DNA of 64,000 nucleotides, taken from positions 2,046,001 to 2,110,000 of the forward strand of contig CATNEN010000007.1 in NCBI GenBank assembly GCA_950097015.1, given 5' to 3'. This document shows, piece by piece, positions 15,201 to 25,800 of the stretch. The position numbers and the translations under genes were made by a program. The notes under the pieces were generated by a model, which saw only the letters and a program-made list of their open reading frames with translations, did no database searches and had not been told where the DNA came from. Origin of the DNA: Macrostomum hystrix. Taxonomy: Eukaryota; Animalia; Platyhelminthes. The number at the start of each line of letters is the position of its first letter. The first letter of the stretch is position 1.

Positions 15201-18200
15201 CAACTAGAATCGATAATCCCACTAACAACTAGAATCGATAATCCCACTAACAACTAGAATCGATAATCCCACTAACAACCAGAAAGGAGAACTGATAATC
15301 CCACCAGAAAGGAGAACTAATAATCCCACTAGTAAGGAGAACTGATAATCCCATCAGTAAGGCCAACTGATGATCCCATCTGTAAGTAGAAATGATAATC
15401 CCACTAGTAAGGAGAACTGATGATCCCACCAGAAAGGAGAACTGATGATCCCATCTGTAAGTAGAAATGATAATCCCATCTGTAAGTAGAACTGATAATC
15501 CCATCATTTAGGAGAACTGATAATCTCATCATTTAGGAGAACTGATAATCCCGTCATTAAGGATAGGTGATAATCCCATCAGTAAGGAGAACCAATAATC
15601 CCATTAATGATAACACTCGATAATCTTTTCGATGCAGTACAAAAACAGAAGCTAAGGTAAAAAGCATTAGCAGCTAATCCGTAGCCCTACCATAGAACCA
15701 TGGAATGATTTCCGATGTGAGATTTGGCACCGAAGTGTATTGCGCACAGGAGGCGGCCTGGCCGCTGTACATAGTTAATCTTCTATTGCGCCACGTGAAA
15801 TTCGGATCGTAAATATGTTCAAGAAAGTAGAACAGGTAGTCCATTAGATCGATCCAACCGTTGCAGACACTCATCTCCAGGTTTCCGGCGGCCAACTGAA
15901 GGGAAAAAATATCTAATTTTTTATGGATACAATTTTCCAAAAATGACACTTGTCACAATCGTATAGCCACTTTTATAGCTAAGTAATTCGAATTATTCCA
16001 AAATATCCCCCATCTCATAAATCCCCATCACATAACTAAGAAATCCCCATCACAAACTGAGAAATCACCATCACATAACTAAGAATTCTCCATCACAAAA
16101 CTGAGAAATCCCCATCACAAAACTGAGAAATTCCCATCACATTTTGAAACTGAAAAATTCCCATTACAAAACTAAGAATTCCCCATCACAAAACTGAGAA
16201 TTCCCCATCACATAACTAAGAAATCCCCAACACAAAACTGAGAAATCCCCATCACAAAACAAAGAATTCCCCATCACAAACTGAGAAATCCCCATCACAA
16301 AACAAAGAATTCCCCATCACAAAACTGAGAAATCTCCATCACAAAACTGAGAAATCCCGAATTTGATCTTCAATTACACAAAAATAGTAGCGCAGTGATC
16401 AAATTGCGCAGCCTGCCGTACGCACCTTGGAGAACGCGGCCTCGATAAGGGCGAACACAACCGACTTTGTCTTCTGATTGTTCACGGCCTCTTTGTTCAG
16501 ATTGTGCCTGGAATGCGATTATGACACGCGACTGATCATAGAACTGACACTCCACTGATCATAGAACTGACACTCTACTAATCATAGAACTGACACGCGA
16601 CTAATCATAGAACTGACTCTCCACTGATCATAGAACTGACTCTCCACTGATCATAGAACTGACTCTCCACTGATCATAGAACTGACTCTCCACTGATCAT
16701 AGAACTGACACTCGACTGGTCATAGAACTGACACTCGACTGATCATAGAACTGACACTCGACTGGTCATAGAACTGACACTCGACTGATCATAGAACTGA
16801 CACTCGACTGATCATAGAACTGACACGCGACTGATCATAGAACTGACACTCGACTGATCATAGAACTGACACGCGACTGATCATAGAACTGACACTCCAC
16901 TGATCATAGAACTGACATTTGACTGATTCTGGTATAAAGGTCACTATACATGAAACCTTATAAATCAATTAAATTTCCTACAACAAACCTGGCCAAAAGC
17001 ACGAGAAACTTGACTAGCAACAGTGCATAGTCAAGCATCTCGTCTTGCAGCAGTCGCATCTCCAGTCTGGCCAAACGATCTGTGGCCACACTGATGCAGT
17101 CCTTTGGCATCTGCTCCAGGCATGGCCCAACAGATGTGAAGCTGTTAAATTTTGTATTTGATGTAAAGTGTCATCAACATTAATATTAGTTAGCAGCACT
17201 CATGCTAGCAAAAGTATATCTAGCTTTTGATAGTCTAAGTAAGTAACAATAACAATTTGTTTAAAAAAACTTACTCTGTATTCTTAAATGGCTGGTACAA
17301 AATTGACTTGTTGTCTGGAATGCTGAACAGAACTCCACAGTAGCGCTTGAATAGTTCAAAGCCATTCTAAAAAACACAAATTAAATAATAAATTAAACAG
17401 ACATTTCAATGATTTGTAATCCAAACCTAGCAAATATATATTTGCAATTGGTTTTTTAGAAGCTTGATAACGAAAAAGGAAAAACTATAAGAAAGCCCAA
17501 CAAAATTGACCAATTGTTCTTTTCTTGAGTATTTACAAATAGTTAATTAGTAGTTAAATCATTTAATGATCTTACAGTTAAAAACAAATTTCCAATGGTC
17601 TGAACTATATGCTTTTATTTTCACTTATGATATTTTCTAACTGTGGTTTTGGTTAATATATTGAGAGAATACAAATCAGGCATGAAATTCTTTAATTATT
17701 TTCTTACCAGTTTTATATATATATATATATGCTGTTCACATACCAATGCACTTATGCTATTGATTATGCTGTTGTTCGATTTGCTTAAATTATTATATTC
17801 CTTTTGAATAAATGTAAAAAGCATCATAATTGTTAATTTTCATGAAGTATCATGAAGTAGAGGAGTATATACTATATTCCTCTTTGACCATTAAAGTATA
17901 GTCGAGTATATATATATATATTTATATTTATGATAGTTCATGAAAATTAATAATTATGATGCTGTTTACATTTATTCGAAAGGAATATAATAATTTAAAC
18001 AAATCGAACAACAGCATAATCAATAGCATAAGTGCATAGGTATGTGAACAGCATTATTGTGCTGCGCTAACATTATTTTATTTAATAATAATAATAATAA
18101 GTATTCAACAAAATAAATAACAATTTTCACCCCTGATATAGCTAGTAAAGCTAGATATAAAAGAATGTCTGGGTTCAAGTCTAAATTAGAAAGAAAAAGC

Positions 18201-18268
18201 TGTAAATAACTGACCTCTTCAGATTGAACATACTTATACCAAAGTTCTGTCAGCTCAATAGAAGACAT
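300..18268 (-). CDS. NBEAL1: Neurobeachin-like (NBEAL1/2 family) BEACH-protein gene, 5' part; about 20 exons, continues off the left edge (the left boundary given is approximate)
   Basis: Exon 1 (18268-18215) encodes MSSIELTELWYKYVQSEE, like the NBEAL start ELWxxY. Later exons give LLLVKFLVLLAR and ConA/LamG-like FTFHCWLCL..LYRFLTTSGNGFEAF and GKSSLSVYVDG (about 12570-11550). DUF4704-type VHQLGGPTVLLPMLERV and QHLLMDFRLWS occur at about 10560-9780. HVQLITKLVHTRRRYFRTNFGVRYILDAIRTH is at about 8787-8684, ELRRGLFTVIRIY at about 3330-3170 and FELIRPASWIRQKVLEEM at about 1168-1044. The junctions I checked are phase-compatible. The PH-BEACH-WD40 part is not in the window. Homology is from recall, and NBEAL1 versus NBEAL2 cannot be resolved. 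Confidence 0.88.
835..915 (-). mobile_element. tRNA-like SINE head fragment
   Basis: The reverse strand reads GTAGCCCAGTGGTTAG...GTTCGAATC (A and B boxes), but no good acceptor stem is visible. Confidence 0.5.
1225..1530. repeat. 60-bp intronic minisatellite with two related half-units
   Basis: GTACATTAGGGGTAGGGATTGTTCGGCGGT alternates with GTACATTAGGGTAAGATATTATTTAGCAAT, about 5 copies. Confidence 0.9.
3650..5315. repeat. Composite intronic minisatellite: 34-bp, then 32-bp, then 33-bp units
   Basis: All three units share GGGATAATTAT; the unit changes at about 4160 and about 5075-5120. Confidence 0.95.
5790..8555. repeat. 17-bp intronic minisatellite, about 160 copies
   Basis: Unit ATCCCTGTCTATYCCCY. 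Confidence 0.97.
9255..9765 (-). mobile_element. SINE family B copy split by the family A insertion (head about 9765-9680, tail about 9340-9255)
   Basis: The head has a B-box (GTTCGAATC) followed by TTTTTGTCCTT; the tail has CAGTCCATGGACTGAACAG. Confidence 0.65.
9340..9670 (-). mobile_element. SINE family A copy, nested in a family B copy
   Basis: Shares GTCCCTGAGCTAGATTCCGCGGCGAGGCCACATTT, the 43-nt hairpin and GAATTGCCTCCTTGCTGGCTGCGGGTC with the other family A copies. Confidence 0.85.
11190..11370. repeat. 20-bp intronic repeat (10-bp subunits)
   Basis: TAACTGAGTAGCTGAGTAAA. Confidence 0.9.
11880..12195. repeat. Degenerate intronic repeat (about 45/91-bp period)
   Basis: Recurrent CCACCCCACTCC and GGGGGACGGAAAATAAAACAA. 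Confidence 0.75.
12690..13110. repeat. 20-bp intronic minisatellite
   Basis: GAAGTTCCTGGAATGTCAGA variants, about 20 copies. Confidence 0.93.
13800..14330. repeat. Degenerate approximately 100-bp intronic repeat
   Basis: Recurrent CACCTCATTCCGGCT..GACGGAATATCT and TATTGGTGGGACAGATTTTCCA. Confidence 0.7.
15165..15625. repeat. Variable 24-28-bp intronic minisatellite
   Basis: GATAATCCCA core repeated. Confidence 0.85.
15990..16355. repeat. 22-bp intronic minisatellite
   Basis: AAATCCCCATCACAAAACTGAG variants. Confidence 0.9.
16535..16920. repeat. 23-bp intronic minisatellite
   Basis: ACTGATCATAGAACTGACACTCG variants, about 16 copies. Confidence 0.93.
17730..18053. mobile_element. Foldback / MITE-like element with 117-bp inverted arms in NBEAL intron 1
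   Basis: 17730-17846 is the reverse complement of 17937-18053 with about 5 mismatches. The 90-bp spacer is AT-rich, and a (TA)n run lies on the left flank. Confidence 0.75.
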
Positions 18269-18693
18269 AACATCATCAAATTCTTTTTGAATAACTTATA
18301 AAACTGGCAGTGTCCACGAAGAAAACTCAACTTACAAAGCTAAAGCATGCAAACTTAAAGCGCAATGAATTTATAGGAAACCATTACCGGTATTTAAAAA
18401 TAGAAAACTAAAAAACTCGCAAGGCAGGCAAAGAAACAAATACTGATAACTAATCGACAAAAAACTTCAAATTCTTATTTAGTGTTAGGCAAGTTTACAG
18501 TCTATATTTGCTTTTTGTCTAAAGGCTAGCTCAGCACAAAAGAAACTTGCAACATTTTTATTTATACTTGAATGTTTCGACTTCAGAATTCACAGACTAT
18601 TTTTTCGCGTTCAGTCGTTTTTGTTTCTCCTGCTAACGAATTTCTTTCGTAGCAGCCAGCCTTCCTAATTGTCATCCACTTCTCTGCGCTACA

Positions 18694-20217
18694 ATGTTTG
18701 GTTACTGTGCTGAATTTACGACTTTCTTCACTCTTTTGGTCATGCGCTGCTTCTGCCAAAGTGAGCTATAAAATGAACAAATGGCTGCTTTTATGTTTTG
18801 ATTTTAACATTTATCTTAAATACAAAAAATCACAGCTTCATTACCCTGATACGTAGTGGCGAATAAAATCTACTTAAAGTAAATTTCTAAATTAGTTTGG
18901 CATCTTTTGGTAAAGAATCTTTAAGAACCAAGAATATTTTGTGAAAATCGAATGAACTGTTCGCGAGAAAATCGGTTACAACCGACCAAACATCTCATTT
19001 TCAGTAGATAAAGTTCACTCATTCCCAGGAATTGGCGTAAACAAGGAAGCGTCGTCAGTGAAGCATAAAAGCCCAGTAAATATGCCGCATTGGTGAAAAC
19101 ATGGCTAATCTGAATTGCTCCAATCTGAGTTTCGAAATTGTTGTACAATATGTGTTTTAAGGCTTATAGCTTTATAACTATAAGAATTTGATTATATAAT
19201 AACTTGATTCTCATAACTCTCCAAACAGGCCCCTCAACAAGCGTAACGGAATCTTTTTCATCCCTGCCAACGTCTGCCAAAACCACTGTTGCCTCGGCGG
19301 CGCCTGCCACTCCAACAATGAGCGCTGTCACAACTGCCGTTAATTATACGTGTCGGAGTTCGATAAATAGGAGTCCCAGTTTGTCTCCATTCTGGGTAAC
19401 AACAGGTGATAAGCCATTTTATGCATTTATACAATATCTTGAATATGTTTATTTTTTTTGCTGAATTTTCGTCAAATATTTTAGTCCTATCTTCTGTGAC
19501 CACCACAACTGACATCTCGAGTTGCCAATGGCGCGACCAAATGGAGACCCGATTGTTAACGCTGCTGTCTACAGCACGCGCACAAAGCAGCAGCAGCGGA
19601 AGGCGAAGAAAGCGAGCCGCTGAAATTGGTCAATTAGCACTGCAGGTGAGACAAACTATCTGCTCTGATCTTCTGTCAGAACAAAAAAATTCTTCAAATA
19701 CCGCAATCAAGTTCTTGGGTCTACTCGTGCTTTTCCTCTTTGACCATCAGCTGATCAGCGCCTCTAGAAGTTCAAGCAGTGGCTCTACCGTCACTCTGGT
19801 CTACTATGCCATGCTGGGCGGCAGCTATTTGTCAGCCAGTTCCATGGTCAGCAGCTTGTCCACGGTCAGCTCCAGCGCCGCCGCTGTTCTTGGCTACGCG
19901 GTGGAGTCGTTAGCAACCAGTGAGTTAGGCATCGGTATTTGTTTTAGATTCCATTTCAAGCTTCAAGTCTCAACCAGTTCGAACAATACACAAACGCAGC
20001 CTATGAAGCTCTGGATGAAAATCGGAAGGTGTGGCTGATTGGCGCTGTCCTTGGCAGCCTGGCTGGGCTCCTGCTGGTGACCTGGGCGGTCCTGTTCGCT
20101 TATCAAAAGTGCCTGCGACCGTTTGATCCGGCTGCAGACAAGCAATCGCTCGATGACACGGTTGTGGACGACTTCTACACTTCCGGAGCCATGGCGCGTG
20201 TGCCGGACATGCGGGCG
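18694..20217 (+). CDS. Uncharacterised type I membrane protein (signal peptide, Ser/Thr-rich stalk, RRRKR site, single TM); 3' end uncertain
   Basis: Exons are 18694-18760 (MFGYCAEFTTFFTLLVMRCFCQ), 19229-19405 (S/T-rich), 19485-19645 (..SSSSGRRRKRAAEIG..), 19751-19919 and about 19961-20217 (KVWLIGAVLGSLAGLLLVTWAVLFAYQKCLRP). All are GT-AG with matching phases, but the fourth intron would be only 41 nt. The model ends either in a short exon stopping near 20937 or splices on to 22805. Confidence 0.7.
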
Positions 20218-20271
20218 GTGAGGGCGATCATGTGCTTTCAGCAAGCTCGGATATTGATTTGGGATTTCGTC

Positions 20272-20790
20272 TGTCCTGTCCTGTCCTGTCCTGTCCTGTC
20301 CTGTCCTGTCCTGTCCTGTCCTGTCCTGTCCTGTCCTGTCCTGTCCTGTCCTGTCCTGTCCTGTCCTGTCCTGTCCTGTCCTGTCCTGTCCTGTCATGTC
20401 CTGTCCTGTCCTGTTCTGTTCTGTCCTGTTTTGTCCTGTCCTGTCCTTTCCTGTTCTGTCCTGTCCTGTCCTGTCCTGTCCTGTCCTGTCCTGTCCTGTC
20501 CTGTCCTGTCCTGTCCTGTCCTGTCCTGTTCTGTTCTGTCCTGTTTTGTCCTGTCCTGTCCTTTCCTGTTCTGTCCTTTCCTGTCCTGTCCTGTCCTGTT
20601 CTGTCCTTTCCTGTCCTGTCCTGTCCTGTTTTGTCCTGTCCTGTCCTGTCCTGTCCTGTCCTGTTCTGTTCTGTCCTGTCCTGTCCTGTCCTGTCCTGTC
20701 CTGTCCTTTCCTGTCCTGTCCTGTTCTGTCCTGTTCAGTTATGATCTGTTCTGTTCCGTTCCGTTCTGCTCTGCTCTGCTCTGCTCTGTA
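20272..20790. repeat. (CTGTC)n pentanucleotide microsatellite
   Basis: Perfect at the left end and degenerating to CTGTT/CTGCT at the right. Confidence 0.97.
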
Positions 20791-21459
20791 TTATTCTCTT
20801 CTGTTCTTTTTCTTATTTTCTCTTATTCTTCAAGTGGAGTTCATTGAGTCAATACGATGACTCACGCGTGTCACTTTCTCCTTCTTTCCAAATCCTCGGT
20901 GCCCTGACTTCTCATCAGATTAATTATTCATATTAACTTGCAAAGACTGAATTAAATAGGCTTGAGCGTTAGTGTTAGTCCTGTCCTTGCATGGGACTAA
21001 ATTTACTAGCTGAAATCTACCATTCCCGATATGGTGGAGAGCCGGGCAGGACCGGAGGATTATCTAATAGACCTTGCGGAGATATCAGTAATCTGATACG
21101 GCTCAAGCATCGCATTGCTGAGTCCTGAGGGCAAGGTTTCATGACTAGATCGAAATAATGAAATTCAGCTTTCACAAGTCATTTTCGACTAGGAATATTT
21201 GGTAGGAAATTGTGCTGGTATGATCTGAGGAGAAAGTTTTGTGAAGAATTATCCTCACACGGAATCCTCATTGAGTTCTGATTGTAGAAACTGGGGAGCC
21301 GACTCTGCCACCGAATGCCCATTCTCCTGACCAGAATAGGCTGTGCCTGTTCCACAAATATACTAGGCCCTACGGTTTAAAAATAACGGTTTAATAAAGC
21401 TAAGAAAACTGTCCACATTTTGGCTGGAGCGTGTGTGACTGCCCGTTTTATCAAAGAGA

Positions 21460-21702
21460 AGTTGTAGCCCAGTGGTCTTGGTCGTCGGATTGAAGACTTT
21501 AAGGTGGGGGGTTCGATTCCTGACTATATTGGTAGAATTTGTGTCCCTTTGCAAGACACTATACTCTGCGTTGCTTTAATTCACCCAGTTGTTAAATGGG
21601 TACCAGCACTAGCTGGGGTAATTGAGGGTGTGGCTTGGTCCCAGTCCATGGACTGAACAGCCGTACGCAGCCTTCAGATGCGCCGCGCAATAGCTGCCTA
21701 AA
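21460..21702 (+). mobile_element. SINE family B (tRNA head + CORE-like block)
   Basis: TAGCCCAGTGG...GGTTCGATTCC, then TGTGTCCCTTTGCAAGACACT...TTCACCCAGTTGTTAAATGGGTAC, then CAGTCCATGGACTG. Confidence 0.85.
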
Positions 21703-22249
21703 GAAAGTTTCAGAAACATGAACAGTGCACTTTTAATTCAAGGTAGATTGACTTGCAGCAAGCATCAATACCTATCGAAAAAACACAGAAAGGTTTTATA
21801 AATAAAATGAAAGTAAGATTCGTTTCTGCTACAAGTTTTTCAAGTTTATGTCTGAAAATTGACATTTTTGTTGTGCTTAAAATTCGTTAAAGCTGGCTCG
21901 ATAGTTAAAAAACGCGAAGACACACAAGCTTCAGCCAGAACGTAGATAATTTATTGCTCAAAAATGTTCAACCAATCGCCATGAAAATCCACAGCGCTGG
22001 TTTCTATCCCACGAAACAACTTCCAGAATCACAAAACATCGGCATCGTCGAGATATTCAACGATTCTCGTCGGGGTCTCTTATGGCAAAAGCCACCAATT
22101 TAGGCATAAATTTTCTGCTCACAAATTTTCATGACGTAACCATGTCAGCTATCAATGTTGACTATTTTGGATTGATTAAATTTTTATTTTTACATTTTTT
22201 AACTAATCTGGATTCGTCATAGGCGTTTATACAGATCAATCTTAGTTGT

Positions 22250-22425
22250 CCTTGTCTCCAGGGTCTCCAGGGTCTCCAGGGTCTCCAGGGTCTCCAGGGT
22301 CTCCAGGGTCTCCAGGGTCTCCAGGGTCTCCAGGGTCTCCAGGGTCTCCAGAGTCTCCAGGGTCTCCAGGGTCTCCAGAGTCTCCAGGGTCTCCAGAGTC
22401 TCCAGAGTCTCCAGGGTCTCCAGAG
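22250..22425. repeat. 9-bp tandem repeat, about 19 copies
   Basis: GTCTCCAGG, with GTCTCCAGA variants on the right. Confidence 0.95.
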
Positions 22426-22804
22426 TCTTCGACAAGAATCTCGTCGATGCTGACTGGGACGGCTTTGAAAGTTAGTTCATCGGCGGAAAACTTTGATCCA
22501 TGAGGTGGACTGTCACGAATATCGGTCATTTAGTTTGGGAGCTATCGTGAAGTAGGCAGTGAAATATTTGAAACACCCGTGGTATTTTCCCAGGTAAGGA
22601 AATAGCGTGGTCGTTCTAATAAAAAAACTGGAAGTTAGGGCTAAAATCCTCGCAATTGGCTTACTAGTACGAGCTACATCACGGAATATCGCTCGGATAC
22701 TAACAGTTCGCAGTCGATATTAGCTTATACTTTTATTCTGACAACCAATGCCGTGTGACTCATAGACCGTTGCATGTTCCGCATTTTTTATATTTGCCCT
22801 GCAG

Positions 22805-25800
22805 AATCCGCGAATCGGTTACAGCGGGGCAGACATTGGCACCATCGCTGATGAGGTGGCCAAGCACCTGGATTCGCACATATCCGACCTGCAATCGACT
22901 GCCCAGCGGCCCAGCATAAGGTAAAAAAAGATTTAAAAGTTTGAAAAAAAACTACGCTCGTATAGTAATTTGCGGAGCGGGCTTGAAACTTGATCGTCAG
23001 CAGTTGAAAAATGATGTATTCGGTGATGGTTAGGGCTGAGCGGTCCAAAGCGTCCCTAAGCTCGATTCCGTGTCGAGGCCACGTTAATTTTTGTGTAATT
23101 TACGCCCAATGTGGTCGAAACCCCAAGGGTACCACGGTGAGGATCAGTCGGTGCAGATGTACATACCTGTGTGAGTGTTTGCCTGTGTGCTCAGTGATAG
23201 CGGTTTGAGCACACATAACGCTGGTTTATCACTGGTTTATGGCCACCAGCAGAGGGTTGGATTTGAAAGATTTGGGGGCATCGGGTGAAAAACATAATGG
23301 AATTCAACAAATTATCGAACCTGTCTGCTAAACAGTTTGGGATAACCGATTTAATTGTCTTACAAAATATTCACCAGAAAACCCTTGTTTGCCTCCAGAC
23401 AAGTGCCAAGTCTCCCCGAGCTATCTTCGTCGCTAAAATCAGGCAGCAACAACAGTTTGTCTCAGGATGATGATGAGGAAGCCGGTGATTCCATCGAGCA
23501 GATCTCCGCGCCTCGCAGACTGCACAGCAGTCGAATATGCGCTGACGTAGTTGACGGTCCGAAGATTTTTGCCCCACCAACTTTGGAGGTACGTCGGAAC
23601 TTATTTTTTCTGCCTCTGTCTTTCCATATCTCTCTATCAGTCTCCGCGTCTCTGTCTCTCTCTCTGTCTCCGCGTCTCTGTCTCTCTCTCTGTCTACGCG
23701 TCTCTGTCTCTCTCAATCTCCCCGTCTCTGTCTCTCTCAATCTCCCCGTCTCTGCCTCTCTCTCTCAATCTCCCCGTCTCTGTCTCTCTCTCAATCTCCC
23801 TGTCTTTGTCCCCCTTTGTCCCTCTCTTATTACCAGATCTGTCTCCATGGCTATCCGGCTCACGAATGCATGAAAGTATTGTGTTTTACCATAGAACAGC
23901 AAGCGAATCGTCTGAGGCCAATCAGAGAGAACTTGGGGTCTTGAGAAGCGAAATTGCAATATCAAATTTTAGGCCGATTAGCAATCCATGTTACTGTTCA
24001 TCCATGGCCACCCTAGGCCCCCTACGTCCATGCATTAACTGTTCATAGTGTAAGAGACAACCGCATTCAATGAAGATGACTAATGAGAAGTTTCCAATTG
24101 CACAGCCAGCCTATTTGTAGAGTGGCCTTTGGAAGTCATCAGTAAATTAATTTCGAATATCTGCCTCCCTACGATTCTTGCCCATGCCCACACAGTCCAG
24201 GTGTGACGCATGCTACAGCTGGGACACAATCCAGTCCAATAAATCCCATTATTTAATGCCTGCCCCTGTCGGTACCTTTGTGTGTCACCTAGCGGTCGCA
24301 GCTGACATAACCAGTGTTCGGCGGTTCGTTAATTGATGCCCAGGACATAATCTTGCTTAGCCTCACAAAAACGCTCCCCATAATGAATTAATTTAACAGT
24401 AGAACTACCAACGAGGGAACTACAAGAATCGAGTCGCCAGCTCTTCAGATGCTTCTAGCATTAATATCAGACTTTTCCCATAAGCGCTAGTGTATTTCAT
24501 ACACCCCTAAACACGAATAGGCAATGCGCCTCAGTGTGGCCTTGCCAGGCCTTCAAAATTTATCAGCATGTCACCCGAATGTGCCTGCATTATCTCCGTC
24601 TTCGGTGGTCACCTGCCTCTATCTAGACGGACTGCTGGACCTTCAAGGGCTACTACAGGTGGAGCTGGGCCACTATGGACACTCTGACGCGAATTTCTCC
24701 AATTTCACTGATCAAGCCTAAATATTAGGCGCAGCTCAACCACAGGACACCCTCGCATAGTCTGTCAACCAATCAGTCACCAGTCATCACCCAACACTGT
24801 TACCATTCGGGCGCTGCCAAAAACAATTACCCTCCTTAGTATAAAAACGGGCGGCAAAATGGCTTGGTAGTCATTGGTAGTCGGTAGTCATGGTAGTTAA
24901 GGCCTCTCGGATGGTGCCAATTTTATGGTCCATGACCAGCTAACTGTTGATTAGGCATATCTCTGTATTGGTCAGTAGTATTACGAGTATTTTTCCAACA
25001 ATAAATTTATCAGTCTAAAACTCTTGACCGCAGTAAAATCCGAGTTTTTCTACTTTACCAAAGTCTGATAAGGCCCATAATATCCCATATCCCGTTCAAC
25101 GTCTTGTTCAGGAAGTTAATGATTCGGTAGCGGTGAGTCAGATATTCAGAACCATTAGCGAACCAGGAATTTGTGTCCGAATACACACACACAAGCACAC
25201 ACAGAAAGACAGTTTGGTATAGATTAGTTCCCCAAAAGAAAACGAAGGCTTTCGGGTCAGATAAGATGTAGTCAGATGCACTTTGGAGCCAAAAGAAACA
25301 TTCTACATGCCAGCAGGTTCCGTCATTAGCAGTAGGTAATGATTGCACCTTGGTTTGTTACTTTGCTGAATTCCGTCTTACGCAAGAAAACAGACAGGTA
25401 AAATAGAAAAACTGTTTGTGACTTTAAAAAGCCTATCCCGTGTCTCTCCCTTTTCCCCTATTTTTGGGCTGCCCCTCCAGGTGTAGCCTACATAGAGGGG
25501 TTTAGTGGTTAGAGAGTCGGACTCACGACTTAAAGGTCGACGGTTCGATTCCCGACTCCACTTGGAACAATTTATGTCCTTTAGCAAAACACTTAACTCT
25601 ACGTTGCTTCAGTTCACCCAGCTGTTAAATGGGTACCAGCATTGGCTGGAGGGTAATTGACGGTGGGTGTGGCGTCCCCACAGTCCATGGACTGAACAGC
25701 AGTACGCAGCCTTCAGATGCGCCGCGCAATAGCTGCCGCTGTGCTGTCGGCTGCACATCTGGCCAAATGAGGGCAGGTTTAATCAAATAAATTCCCCTCT

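Noticed and set aside
16510-16560. Idea that the 23-bp array is a reiterated splice acceptor
   Set aside because: Using the repeat's ATGATCAG as acceptor gives an immediate stop in the required phase. The in-frame acceptor is CATTCCAG, about 25 nt beyond the array.
25492-25565. Genuine tRNA genes at the SINE heads (also about 840-915, 29593, 53327)
   Set aside because: A and B boxes are present, but acceptor and anticodon stems are poor, and each head except the isolated 840-915 fragment continues into a shared repeat body.
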